Positions 49,001 through 58,888 of a stretch of 64,000 nucleotides of DNA are shown here, one piece after another (within the stretch, counting starts at the first letter, position 1; each line of letters starts with the position of its first letter). The translations under genes and the position numbers were made by a program. This stretch comes from an uncultured delta proteobacterium (GTDB lineage Bacteria; Myxococcota_A; UBA9160; UBA6930): contig CAVQUJ010000006.1 in NCBI GenBank assembly GCA_963716895.1, forward strand, positions 175,750 to 239,749, given 5' to 3'. The notes under the pieces are model-generated. The model did no database searches, had not been told where the DNA came from, and worked only from the letters and a program-made list of their open reading frames with translations.

Positions 49001-50221
49001 AAGTCGCGGAACTTCCAGGCCGCGACGGTGCTCAGCTTCGTGAGCGTCGCCGACTGCGGCGGCGCCGCGGGCTCCGCCTGCGGATCGACCTCGATCGCGA
49101 AGGCGTGCGGCGCCTCCGCCGCGCACGCGCGCGCGCGGCTCCACCGCCTGCGCGATCGCCTCGATCGGCCGCGGCTCGCCGGCGGCGAGCAGGCCGAGCC
49201 AGCCCGGGGCGTTCGCGTCGAGCAGCTCGCGCGGGCCCGAGAGCGCGAGCCGCGCGCTGCGCGGGCCGCGCGGCTCGATCGCCGCCGTGACGCCGTGCGG
49301 CAGCGCGGGATGCAGCGCCAGCACCTGCGCCACCGCGTCGATGCCACCGCCCGCGATGCCGAACTCGGCCGCGATGCGCTCGGCGGCCACCCAGTTCGCG
49401 CCGGCCCATTGGTTCGCGAGCACCTCGCGCACCGCGTCCTGCGGGTGGCGCTGAGACAGATAGAGACCGGCCGACGCGGACAGCAGATGCGCCTGGAGCG
49501 AGAACTCGCGCAGCGCGGCGACCAGCGCGCCCTGCGAGAGCTGCTCGAGGCGGAAGCCCGAGTCGAAGGCGCCCGCGTAGTCGTGCCAGCCGCCCGGCTC
49601 GCGGTCGGGCGGTCGCTCGTTCGGCACGTTCGCGAGCGGGAGGCGCCCGACCTCGAGCGTGAGCGGCTCTTCGATCACGGGCACCGCGTCCGGCTCGATC
49701 TTGATCGTCCAGTGGCAGTGCGGCTGGCGATCCGAAGGCCGGCGCGGCGGGCGGTGGATCGGGCGCATCTGGGCGCGCGGATTCGTGGCGACCGCCGTGG
49801 CGTCGAAGGTCGGGTCTTCGATGCGGTGGCACATCATCACCACCGCGCTCTCGCCGCGCTTCTCGACGTCCATCAGCGCGCCGCAGTGGTTCAGCCAGAA
49901 CTCCGCGCTGCCGTCGGGCTTCAGCTCGAAGTGCACGTCCATGTACTCGTGCGGGAAGCCCACGTCGAGCTGGAGCGCCTTCACGATCGCGGTGACGTCG
50001 TCGCCCTCGATCTTCATCAGCCGCTTCATGCGGCGCGTGTAGTTGGGCGAGGCGCCCTTCCACTCCCAGATCGAGAGCGGCTCGATCTCCTTGCCGCCGC
50101 CGAGGCGCATGCCGACCTGCGGCATCAGCGCGCGATCGTACGTGTGCCCATAGAGCATGAACTCGCGCCCGAGGCGCGCGAGCTCGGCGCGGGTGAGCTC
50201 CTCGAGGCGGCGGATCTTCAT
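48997..50221 (-). pseudogene. hypothetical protein (~408 aa), one frame break near 49130
   Basis: ATG 50221 after [37 protein letters not shown]...HFELKPDGSAEFWLNHCGALMD... The last ~45 codons (..APHAFAIEVDPQAEP..AAWKFRDF) are in ORF 48997-49347. No family recognised. Confidence 0.5.
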
Positions 50222-50435
50222 GCAGCGCTCCCTCCGGAACGAGAACGCGAAGAAACATAGCGCGCGCAATGTCGATGGTGAGCCCAGGCGGGCTGATTCC
50301 TGCTCGCTCGTCGCAGACTGCCCGAGCCCTGTGCGTGCCGCTGCCGCGCCTTTGGGCAGTGCGCCGCCGCCGCGCCGCGCGCGGGCGCCGCGCGGCGGCA
50401 CGCGTCTTGCTCTCGCTCCAGCCGGAGCACACCGC

Positions 50436-51895
50436 ATGGCCAGCCCGGGCTCGGCATCTCGGACCTCGTTCGGCGAAGCGGCGTACCACGAGTTCTATCG
50501 CGACGACTTCGAGCCGCGCGAGCACTACCGCCCGCTCTGGGAGCACATCCGCACGGCCGGCCAGAGCGCGCTCGCGGACGAAGGTGCGCGAGGCGCACTG
50601 GCGCTGCAGCACCGAGGGCGTGACCTTCACGGTCTACGGCGACGACGGAGGAGGGCATCGAGCGCGTCTGGCCGTTCGACCTCTCCCGCGCATCATCCCG
50701 GCCGCCGAGTGGGCGCCGATCGAGGCCGGCCTCAAGCAGCGCGTGCGCGCGCTCAACCTCTTCCTGCGACGACCTCTACCACGAGCAGCGCATGCTCAAG
50801 GACGGCGTCGTGCCCGCCGAGCTGATCTTCCGCGGCAAGGACTTCCGCCGCGAGATCATGGGCATCGATCCGCCGCAGGGCATCTACACCCACATCAGCG
50901 GCATCGACCTCGTGCGCGACGAGCGCGGCCGCTACCTGGTGCTCGAGGACAACCTGCGCACGCCGTCGGGCGTCTCGTACATGATCGAGAACCGCATCGT
51001 CGAGCGCCGCATCCTGCCCGAGTTCTTCGCGCGCTACCGCGTGCGGCGCGTCGAGCACTACCCGGCGCTGCTGCTCGCAGGCGCTGCGCCACCTCTCGCC
51101 GCGCGGCAAGGACGACGCCGAGGTCGTGCTGCTCACGCCCGGCATCTACAACTCGGCCTACTTCGAGCACACCTTCCTCGCGCAAGGAGATGGGCATCGA
51201 GCTGGTCGAAGGGCGCGACCTGGTGGTCAAGAACGACGTCGTCTACCTGAAGACGACGCACGGCCTGCAGCGCGTCGACGTGCTCTACCGCCGCGTCGAC
51301 GACGACTTCCTCGATCCGCTCTGCTTCCGCCCCGACTCGATGCTCGGCGTCGCCGGCATCATCAACGCCTGGCGCGCCGGCAACGTCGCGATCGTCAACG
51401 CGCCGGGCACCGGCATCGCCGACGACAAGGCGGTCTACCCGTTCGTGCCGGACATCATCCGCTACTACCTCGGCGAGCGCGCCGATCCTCGAGAACGTGC
51501 CCGACCTATCGCATGACGCGCGCCCGACGAGCGCGCGCTACGTGCTCGACAACCTCGACGCATGGTGGTGAAGGCGGTCAGCGAGTCGGGCGGCTACGGC
51601 ATGCTGATGGGCCCGGCCTCGACGCCGGCGCTGCGCGCCGAGTTCGCCGACGCGCATCCAGGAGAACCCGCGCAACTACATCGCGCAGCCGGTGATCCCG
51701 CTGTCGCGCCACCTCTGCTACCTCGACGGCGAGCTCGAGTCGCGCCACATCGATCTGCGCCCGTTCGTGATCTACGGCGAGGAGATCCAGGTCGTGCCCG
51801 GCGGCCTCACGCGCGTCGCCCTGACCAAGGGCTCGCTGGTGGTGAACTCGTCGCAGGGCGGCGGCAGCAAGGACACCTGGGTGCTCGCCGAGTGA
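50436..51895 (+). pseudogene. circularly permuted type-2 ATP-grasp protein (DUF404/DUF407 family), many frame breaks
   Basis: [141 protein letters not shown]-terminal [47 protein letters not shown]. Confidence 0.75.
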
Positions 51896-51905
51896 GGCTC
51901 GCCGC

Positions 51906-52895
51906 ATGCTGAGCCGCATCGCTGACTCGCTCTACTGGATGTCGCGCTACCTCGAGCGCGCCGACAACACGGCGCGCCTGGTCGAGATCAACCTGCTCCA
52001 CCTGCTCGAGGCGGAGGACGCGCTGCCCGAGGCGGCGCAGTGGCGGCCGCTGCTCAGCATCAGCGGCAGCGAGGAGGCCTACGCGCAAGCTGCTACGGCG
52101 GCGCGCGAGATCACCGCGCGCGCGCGTCATCCAGTTCATGACCCGCGAGCGCGCGAACCCGAACTCGATCCGCGCCAGCCTGCGCCTCGCGCGCGAGAAC
52201 GCGCGCGTGGTGCGCGACCGCATCTCGAAGGAGATGTGGGAGGCGATGAACGAGCTGTGGCTGCGCATCGGACCGCGCTGCTCGACGGCTCGGCGCCGCC
52301 GGAGCGCTCGCCGGCGCTCTACGCCGAGGTGCGCAACGGCGTGGCGCGCTTCCACGGCCTCACGGTCGAGCACGATGATGCGCGGCGAGGCCTTCGGCTT
52401 CTACCTGCTCGGCACCTTCCTCGAGCGCGCCGACATGACCGCGCGCATCCTCGACGTGAAGTACCACCTGCTGCTGCCCGACCTGTCGCTGGTCGGCTCG
52501 CCGCTCGACTACTACCAGTGGGCGGCGCTGCTGAAGTCGCTGTCGGGCTTCGAGGCCTACCGGCGCCAGCTACCACGCCGGCTGCGCCCGATCGACGTCG
52601 CCGAGTTCGTGATCTTCGAGCGCGACTTCCCGCGCTCGCTGCGCTTCGCGGTCGACCGCATGCAGCAGGCGCTGCGCGGCGATCGGCGCCGCCGAGCGCC
52701 GACGCGCCCAGCGCGCGCGCCGTGGCGACGCTGGCGCGACCTGCTCGAGAACAGCGACGCCGAGCAGCGTGTTCGAGCAGCGGCCTGCACGAGTTCCTGG
52801 AGGAGTTCCTCGAGCGCGTCTCGCGCGCTCCACGACGCGCTGCGCGACGAGTACTTCGAGGCGCACCTCGGGAGACGCGCGCGTGCGCTACGTGA
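51906..52895 (+). pseudogene. alpha-E domain protein (DUF403), many frame breaks
   Basis: MLSRIADSLYWMSRYLERADNTARLVEINL, NPNSIRASLRLARENARVVRDRISKEMWE, GEAFGFYLLGTFLERADMTARILDVKYHLLLP, YYQWAALLKSLSGFEAY, LHDALRDEYF. The 3' end is approximate. Confidence 0.75.
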
Positions 52896-53783
52896 TCGAG
52901 CACGAGACGCGGCTCACGTTTCGCGGCGCCGGTGCGCGAGCACCAGTGCGAGCTGCGCCTCGCGCCGCGCGACGACGCGCACGCAGCGCGTGCTCGCGCT
53001 GCGCGATCGAGGTCGAGCCCGCGACGCGAGCTGCGCACGCTACCTCGACTGCTTCGGCAACCGCGTGCACCGCTTCGCGCTGCTCGCCCCGCACGACCAG
53101 CTCGTCGCGCGCGTGCGCGCGCGAGGTCGAGACGCCGCTCGACGAATCCGTTCGACTACGCGCCGCTCGCGCCGGCGGCGCGAGCGCGACTGGCTCGCCG
53201 AGCGCCTGCGCGGCGAGCCGCGGCTGCTGGGACTACGTGCTGCACCGCAGCGCCGCCGCGCCCGAGCTCGCCGCGCTGGCTCGCCGAGCCTCGCCGTGCC
53301 GGCGCTACGACGCCGAGCAGCCGCTCCTCGACACCGTGCAGGCGCGCCGATGGACTGGGCGCAGCGAGCCTTCGACTACGAGCCCGGCGCCGACCGACGG
53401 TGCACGCCGCGCTCGACGGCTGTCGCTCGAGCAGCGCGCCGGCGTCTGCCAGGACTTCGCGCACCTGCTCATCGCGCTCGTGCGCGCGCTGGGGCTTCGC
53501 CGGCGCGCTACGTGATGGGCTACTCGAGGGTCCCGACCGTGCCCGAGGAGGCGCAGCGGGACGCAGGCGCCGCACGCCTGGGCCGAGGTGCTGATCCCCG
53601 GCGCCGGCTGGCGCGGCTTCGACGCGACCACGCGGCTCGTCGCCAACGACTCCTACGTCGCCGTCGCCGTCGGCCGCGACTCCCGCGACGCCGCGCCGCT
53701 GCGCGGCACGCTTCAAGGGCGACGACGGCGGCGACGCCGCCGCAGGTGCTCGCGTGCGCGGTCCAGCGCGCCAGGAGCAGTGA
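52883..53783 (+). pseudogene. transglutaminase-family protein (Bact_transglu_N + transglutaminase core), many frame breaks
   Basis: VRYVIEHETRLTF start, YLDCFGNRVHRFALLAPHDQL, catalytic Cys EQRAGVCQDFAHLLIALVRALG, His HAWAEVLIPGAGW, Asp GFDATTRLVANDSYVAVAVGRDSRDAAPLRGT. Confidence 0.75.
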
Positions 53784-54773
53784 GTGCGCGGGCGCCCAGT
53801 GCAGGATCCGCCGGCGAGACGCTTCTTCTCGCTCGAGCTGCCCTATCGCGAGCGGCTGCGCGCTGCGAGCGCACGGTGCTTCGACGGCGGCGACGGCCCG
53901 CGCGTCGCGGTCGTCGTCCGGCATCCACGGCGACGAGCTCGAGGGGCTCTACGTCTGCCACCGGCTGGCGGCGTGGCTCGAGGCAGCTCGCGAAGACGCG
54001 GCCCGACGCGCTGCGCGGCCGCGTCGAGCTCTATCCCGGCGCTGAACCCGCTCGGCCTCGACACGCTCGCAGCGCTTCGTGCCGATCTTCGACGTCGACC
54101 TGAACCGCAACTTCCCGGGCCACGCGGCGGGCCTGCTGCCGCAGCGCATCGCCGCACGCCGCGATGCAGGCGCTCGCCGGCGCGGCGCTCGTCGATCGAC
54201 ATCCACGCCAGCAACATCTTCCTGCGCGAGATCCCGCAGGTGCGCATCACGCGCGCGTTCGCGGCAACGCTCGTGCCGCTCGCGCGCGCGCATGAACCTC
54301 GACCTGATCTGGCTGCACGAGGCCGTCACCGTGCTCGAGGCACACCATCGCGCACAGCCTCAACGCCAGCGGCGTGCCGTGCCTGGTGGTCGGAGATGGG
54401 CGTCGGCATGCGCGTCACGCCGGCCTTCGCCGAGCAGGTGGTGACCGGCATCCTCCACGTCTGGCGCGCGCTCGGCGTGCTGGCCGCCGACGTCGAGCTC
54501 GAGCCGACCGACGCACGCGCCGCTCGTCGCCGACGACGGCAACGTGCACTACCTGAACGCCGAGACGTCGGGCCTGTTCGTGCCCGACGATCGACGCACT
54601 GGATGGCCGTGCGCCGCGGCCAGCGCCTCGGCCGCATCGTGAGCCCGCTCGCGCGGCGAGCGTGCTCGCCGAGGTGCGCTCGCCGGTCGACGGCGTGCTG
54701 TTCACGCTGCGCGAGTACCCGCTCGTCTACGAGGGCTCGCTGCTGGCGCGCATCATGGAGGTCGCCGCGATGA
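53784..54773 (+). pseudogene. succinylglutamate desuccinylase / aspartoacylase family (M14-like zinc deacylase), copy 1, many frame breaks
   Basis: SGIHGDELEGLYVCHRLAAWLE, YPALNPLGLDT, FDVDLNRNFPGHAAG, IDIHASNIFLREIPQVRI, VRSPVDGVLFTLREYPLVYEGSLLARI. Stop overlaps the next ATG (ATGA 54770-54773). Confidence 0.65.
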
Positions 54774-55785
54774 GCACACCGACGCGCTGCCTGCACATGA
54801 CCGCGCCCTCGCGCGAGGACTTCGACATCCCCTACCACGACTTCGGGCCGCAGGCGGAGCGCGCCGCGCGTCGCGCTCGTGGCGGGCCTGCACGGCAACG
54901 AGCTGAACGGCGTCTTCGTGCTGTCGCGGCTGGCCGTCGTTCCTGCGCCGCATCGCCGACGGCGACCGGCCCGGGCCGCAGCTCGCGCGGGCGCGTGATC
55001 GTGATCCCCGCCGTGAACGTGCTCGGCGTCAACACGCGCAGCCGGCGCTGGCCCTTCGACGGCACCGACATCAACCGCATGTTCCCGGGCTACGACGCCG
55101 GCGAGACCACGCAGCGCATCGCCGCCGCCGTGCTCGCAGCTCACCGCGCGCCGCGCGCTGGCGCATCGACCTCCACAGCTCGAACGTCGACTTCGAGGAG
55201 CTGCCGCAGGTGCGGCTCTACGAGCCGACCGACGACGAGCGCGCAGCGGCGCGCTGCTCGGCCTGCCGGCGGTCGATCGAGCGCCCGCGAGAGCGCGACC
55301 TACCAGGCCACGCTCGGCCAGCGCCTGGCGCACGCAGCGGCGGGCGCGAACTTCGTCGATCCAGGCCGGCCACGCGGGCGCGCTGCAGCCGGCGCACTGC
55401 GAGCGCCTGTTCCGCGCGCTGGTCGACTTCCTCGAGCCGCACGGCGTGCTCGACGGCGTGCGTCTCGCCGAGCGCGAGGACGACGTGCACCACTTCGGCC
55501 CGCGCCAGACCTTCCCGCTGATCTCCGAGCACGCCGGGCTGTTCGTGTCGCGGCTCGAAGGTGGGCGCAGTGGCTGCAGGCGGGCGACCTGATCGGCTAC
55601 GTCTACGACGGCTTCGAGCGGCGAGCTGCGCGCCGAGATGCGCAGACGCCGGTCGGCCGGCCTGCTGTCGCGGCATCCGCCGCCAGCCGCTGCTCTGCGA
55701 GGGCGACCTGATCGCTCGCATCCTCACGCCGCACGAGCTGGTGGAGGAGGTGGCCGAGACCTACCTGATGGGGCACGGTCAGTAG
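54770..55785 (+). pseudogene. succinylglutamate desuccinylase / aspartoacylase family (M14-like zinc deacylase), copy 2, many frame breaks
   Basis: VAGLHGNELNGVFVLSRLA, RVIVIPAVNVLGVNTRSRRWPFDGTDINRMFPGYDAGETTQRIAAAVL, IDLHSSNVDFEELPQVRLYEP, GDLIGYVYDGF, GDLIARILTPHELVEEVAETYLMGHGQ. Confidence 0.65.
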
Positions 55786-55868
55786 CCCGCTCTGGACGCC
55801 GCGACGGACGACGAGGAAGGGCGCGGCCGGATGCGGGCGGCGTTTTCTCATTTTTCTCAGGAGGAAGC

Positions 55869-56345
55869 ATGGCGATCCAGGAAGGCAAGGCCGCGCCCGA
55901 TTTCACCCTCGAAGACCAGGACGGCAAGCACGTCTCGCTCTCCGACTTCGCCGGCAAGCAGGCCGTGCTGCTCTACTTCTATCCGAAGGACGACACGCCC
56001 GGCTGCACCAAGGAGGCCTGTGGCTTCCGCGACGACATCCGCGCCTTCACGAAGCTCGGCGTGGCCGTGCTCGGCGTGAGCGCCGACGGCGCCGCGTCGC
56101 ACCAGAAGTTCATCGGCAAGTACAAGCTGCCGTTCCCGCTGCTCTCCGACCCCGGCCGCGCGGTGATGAAGCGCTACGGCGCCTTCGGCGAGAAGATGAT
56201 GTACGGCAAGAAGACCGTCGGCGTCATCCGCTCGTCGGTGCTGATCGGCAAGGACGGCAAGGTGCTGCGCCACTGGGCGCGCGTCGCCAACGCCGAGAAG
56301 CATCCCGAGCAGGCGCTGGCCGCAGCCCAGGAGCTGCTCGGCTGA
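55869..56345 (+). CDS. bcp: thioredoxin-dependent thiol peroxidase (peroxiredoxin Bcp)
   Basis: Intact 158 aa. APDFTLEDQDGKHVSLSDF, YFYPKDDTPGCTKEACGFRD (peroxidatic and resolving Cys 5 apart). RBS CAGGAGGAAGC. Confidence 0.9.
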   Translation: MAIQEGKAAPDFTLEDQDGKHVSLSDFAGKQAVLLYFYPKDDTPGCTKEACGFRDDIRAFTKLGVAVLGVSADGAASHQKFIGKYKLPFPLLSDPGRAVMKRYGAFGEKMMYGKKTVGVIRSSVLIGKDGKVLRHWARVANAEKHPEQALAAAQELLG

Positions 56346-57322
56346 GGGTCTTCGTCACGGGCGCCACCGGCTTCATCGGGGGCGCGATCGTGCGGCAGCT
56401 CGCGCCGCGCCACACGGTGCTCGCGATGTCGCGCTCGCCGGGGGGCGACGACACGGTGCGGAAGCTCGGCGCCGAGCCCGTGCGCTCCGATCTGCTCACG
56501 CTCGCGCCAGGCCAGCTGCCCGCGTGCGACGCGGTGGTGCACTGTGCAGCCTGGGTCGAGCCGTGGGGGCAGCGCGAGGACTATTGGCGCGCGAACGTCG
56601 AGGGCACCGAGCGCGTGCTCGCCGCGGCGAGGGCCGCCGGCGCGCGCCGCTTCGTCCACATGAGCACCGAGGCCGTGCTCTGGCGCGGGCAGCACCTGCG
56701 CGACGTGGACGAGACGTACCCGTATCCCGCTTCGACGCCGTACCTCTACGCCGAGACCAAGGCCGAGGCCGAGCGGCGCGTCGTCGCCGCGAATGCGCCG
56801 GGCTTCGCCACGCTGGCGCTGCGGCCGCGCTTCGTGTGGGGCCCGGGCGATACGACGCTGGTACCCGAGGCGCGCACGATGATCGAGCGCGGCGCCTTCG
56901 TCTGGCTCGACGGCGGGCGCGCGCGCACCTCGACCACCCACGTGGCGAACCTCGCGCACGCCACCGAGCTGGCGCTCGAGCACGGCCGCGGCGGCGAGGT
57001 CTACTTCGTCACCGACGGTGCGGTGACCGACTTCAAGAGCTTCCTGACGAAGCTGCTCGGCGCGCACGGCATCGCCGTGCCCGAGCGCTCGCTCCCGAGC
57101 TGGCTCGTGCGCCCCGCCGCCGCGCTGATCGAGACCCTCTGGCGCGTGCTCGGCCCCGAAGGGCCGCCGCCGCTCACCCGCCACGCCGTCGATCTGCTCT
57201 GCTGCGACTGCACGCTGCGCGACGACAAGGCGCGTGCCGAGCTCGGGTATCGGCCGGTGATCGGGGTCGAGGAAGGGCTGCGCGCGCTCGCGCTCAGCGA
57301 GGCGCCGCCCAGCGCGCGATGA
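56342..57322 (+). CDS. NAD-dependent epimerase/dehydratase (extended SDR, 3-beta-HSD-like)
   Basis: (L)RVFVTGATGFIGGAIV Rossmann motif at the very N-terminus, YAETKAEAE (YxxxK). The only in-frame initiator before the Gly motif is CTG 56342, which overlaps the bcp stop (CTGA). Confidence 0.8.
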   Translation: MRVFVTGATGFIGGAIVRQLAPRHTVLAMSRSPGGDDTVRKLGAEPVRSDLLTLAPGQLPACDAVVHCAAWVEPWGQREDYWRANVEGTERVLAAARAAGARRFVHMSTEAVLWRGQHLRDVDETYPYPASTPYLYAETKAEAERRVVAANAPGFATLALRPRFVWGPGDTTLVPEARTMIERGAFVWLDGGRARTSTTHVANLAHATELALEHGRGGEVYFVTDGAVTDFKSFLTKLLGAHGIAVPERSLPSWLVRPAAALIETLWRVLGPEGPPPLTRHAVDLLCCDCTLRDDKARAELGYRPVIGVEEGLRALALSEAPPSAR

Positions 57323-57326
57323 GAAT

Positions 57327-57352
57327 GGCCGCGTTCGCAGGAACGGGCGGCC
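57327..57352. terminator. interrupted GC hairpin between convergent genes
   Basis: GGCCGCGTTC-GCAG-GAACGGGCGGCC (6 + 4 bp with a 2-nt bulge), between stops at 57320-57322 and 57365-57367. Confidence 0.4.
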
Positions 57353-57364
57353 GGGAGCGCATCC

Positions 57365-58888
57365 CTACCGGTTCAACAGCGCCGTCAGCACCCGGCCCCC
57401 CATCTCCGGGCTCGGCGCCTCGCCGAGGAGCGCGAGGAAGGTCGGCGCCAGGTCGAGCACCTCCACCTCGCCGAGGGCCGCGCCGCGGCGGATCCCGGGC
57501 CCCGCGGCGGCCACGAAGCCGGCCGAGGAGTGGTCGCTGCGCCGAAAGAAATCGGGTCGGCCCTGGGTGAGCTCGCAACGCGGGTGGCGCACGCGCTGGA
57601 CGAAGCGCCCAGGGGCCCACTCCACGAAGAGATCCGGGAGGGCGGGGTGCGGGTTGGCGCCGAACAGATCGACGGCACGCCGCGTGCGGGTCACCACGGG
57701 CTCGCCGGTCGCGGCGTCGCGGAGCGCGGCCAGGTCGCTCTCCAGCTCGCTCAGCACGCGCTCGAGCTCCGCCCCCGGCGCGACCGTACCCGCCGGCTCG
57801 CGCCCGCGCAGGTTGACGCGCAGGAAGCTCGTGTACGCGGCAGGCAGGGAGAACGCCCTCGTCCGCGACCAGTCGGTTCCCGAGCGGAACTGGTCGGCGA
57901 GCAGGCGCTCGCGCGCCTCGCGGGAGAAGTGCCGGCTGAGCGCCAGCCGCACCGGCTCGGGCACGAGCCGGCGCGCGAGGTCGAGAGGCCGCCAGGAGAA
58001 CCCGCCCCGCGGCGGGTCGGCCTGGTAGCCGAGCTGGCGGCAGAACGCCTCCGTGAGGCCCGTGGTCGGGAAATCGTCGTCCATGCCCACGGAACTCACC
58101 ACGAAGACGTTCGCATCGGAGGGGAGCCGCTCCAGCAGCCGCCCGATCTCTGCGTCCACCGCCTCGTAGACATCCCGGATCGCGTGCCCGAGATCCTCGT
58201 CCCGGCGCTCGCCGATCTCCGGGCGGTACGCCCAGAACTGGTGGTTCGCCGCGTGCGTCGCCGCGAAGACCGTGACCATCGCGTCGAACGGCTCGCGCAG
58301 CAGCAGATCCCGGCAGACCTCGCCTTTGCGGCGCGTCTGCTCGAGGAGCTGGCTCCGGATCCGCCGGTCCTCCTCCACGGTCGAATGGTGGTTCTCGACG
58401 GTGAGCAGCTTCTTGCCGTGCCGCGCCTCGACCTCGGCCAGGAGCCCCGGCGGCTCCGACGCCGTCGGGAAGTGGTACGGATCCCAGTTGTTGTGGGTGG
58501 CCCAGTTGGCGAGCTGGAGGCCGGCGAGTCCCGCGAGGGGCACGCTGTCGGGGATGTCGATCAACGCGACGCGCCGCCCGGTAGGAGCGAACCGCGTCCA
58601 GAAGGGAGGCGCGTCGACGTCGAGACCCGTGCGCGCCTCGAGCTCGTAGCTGCCCGGACGGAGCTGCCGGAAGTAGAAGTAGCCGTGTCGCCCACGCGAA
58701 ACGCCGCTGAAGAGCGAGACCCAGACCCCGTGCTCGGTCACGAGCTCGGGGCCGCCCGTCCGAGCGTGGCTCCCGCGCTCCATCACGGACGCGATGGCCG
58801 GCAGGCGCCCCTCGGCGACCCAACGCTCGATGAAGTTGGGGTCTCCGGCGTCGATCCCGAGGATCACCAGCGGCGCGGGGCGAGTCAT
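57365..58888 (-). CDS. alkaline-phosphatase-superfamily protein (type I phosphodiesterase / nucleotide pyrophosphatase-like), paralog 1
   Basis: Intact 507 aa from ATG 58888. LVILGIDAGDPNF (metal Asp), PELVTEHGVWVSLFSGVSRGRHG (nucleophile-Thr region ... HG). No signal peptide. Confidence 0.75.
   Translation of the reverse strand: MTRPAPLVILGIDAGDPNFIERWVAEGRLPAIASVMERGSHARTGGPELVTEHGVWVSLFSGVSRGRHGYFYFRQLRPGSYELEARTGLDVDAPPFWTRFAPTGRRVALIDIPDSVPLAGLAGLQLANWATHNNWDPYHFPTASEPPGLLAEVEARHGKKLLTVENHHSTVEEDRRIRSQLLEQTRRKGEVCRDLLLREPFDAMVTVFAATHAANHQFWAYRPEIGERRDEDLGHAIRDVYEAVDAEIGRLLERLPSDANVFVVSSVGMDDDFPTTGLTEAFCRQLGYQADPPRGGFSWRPLDLARRLVPEPVRLALSRHFSREARERLLADQFRSGTDWSRTRAFSLPAAYTSFLRVNLRGREPAGTVAPGAELERVLSELESDLAALRDAATGEPVVTRTRRAVDLFGANPHPALPDLFVEWAPGRFVQRVRHPRCELTQGRPDFFRRSDHSSAGFVAAAGPGIRRGAALGEVEVLDLAPTFLALLGEAPSPEMGGRVLTALLNR

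Noticed and set aside
55800-55868. T-rich run (GTTTTCTCATTTTTCTC) after the deacylase genes as an intrinsic terminator
   Set aside because: The preceding self-complementarity is only about 4 bp. The T-rich tract directly abuts the bcp RBS, so it is more likely part of the bcp promoter/5' UTR. Left uncalled.
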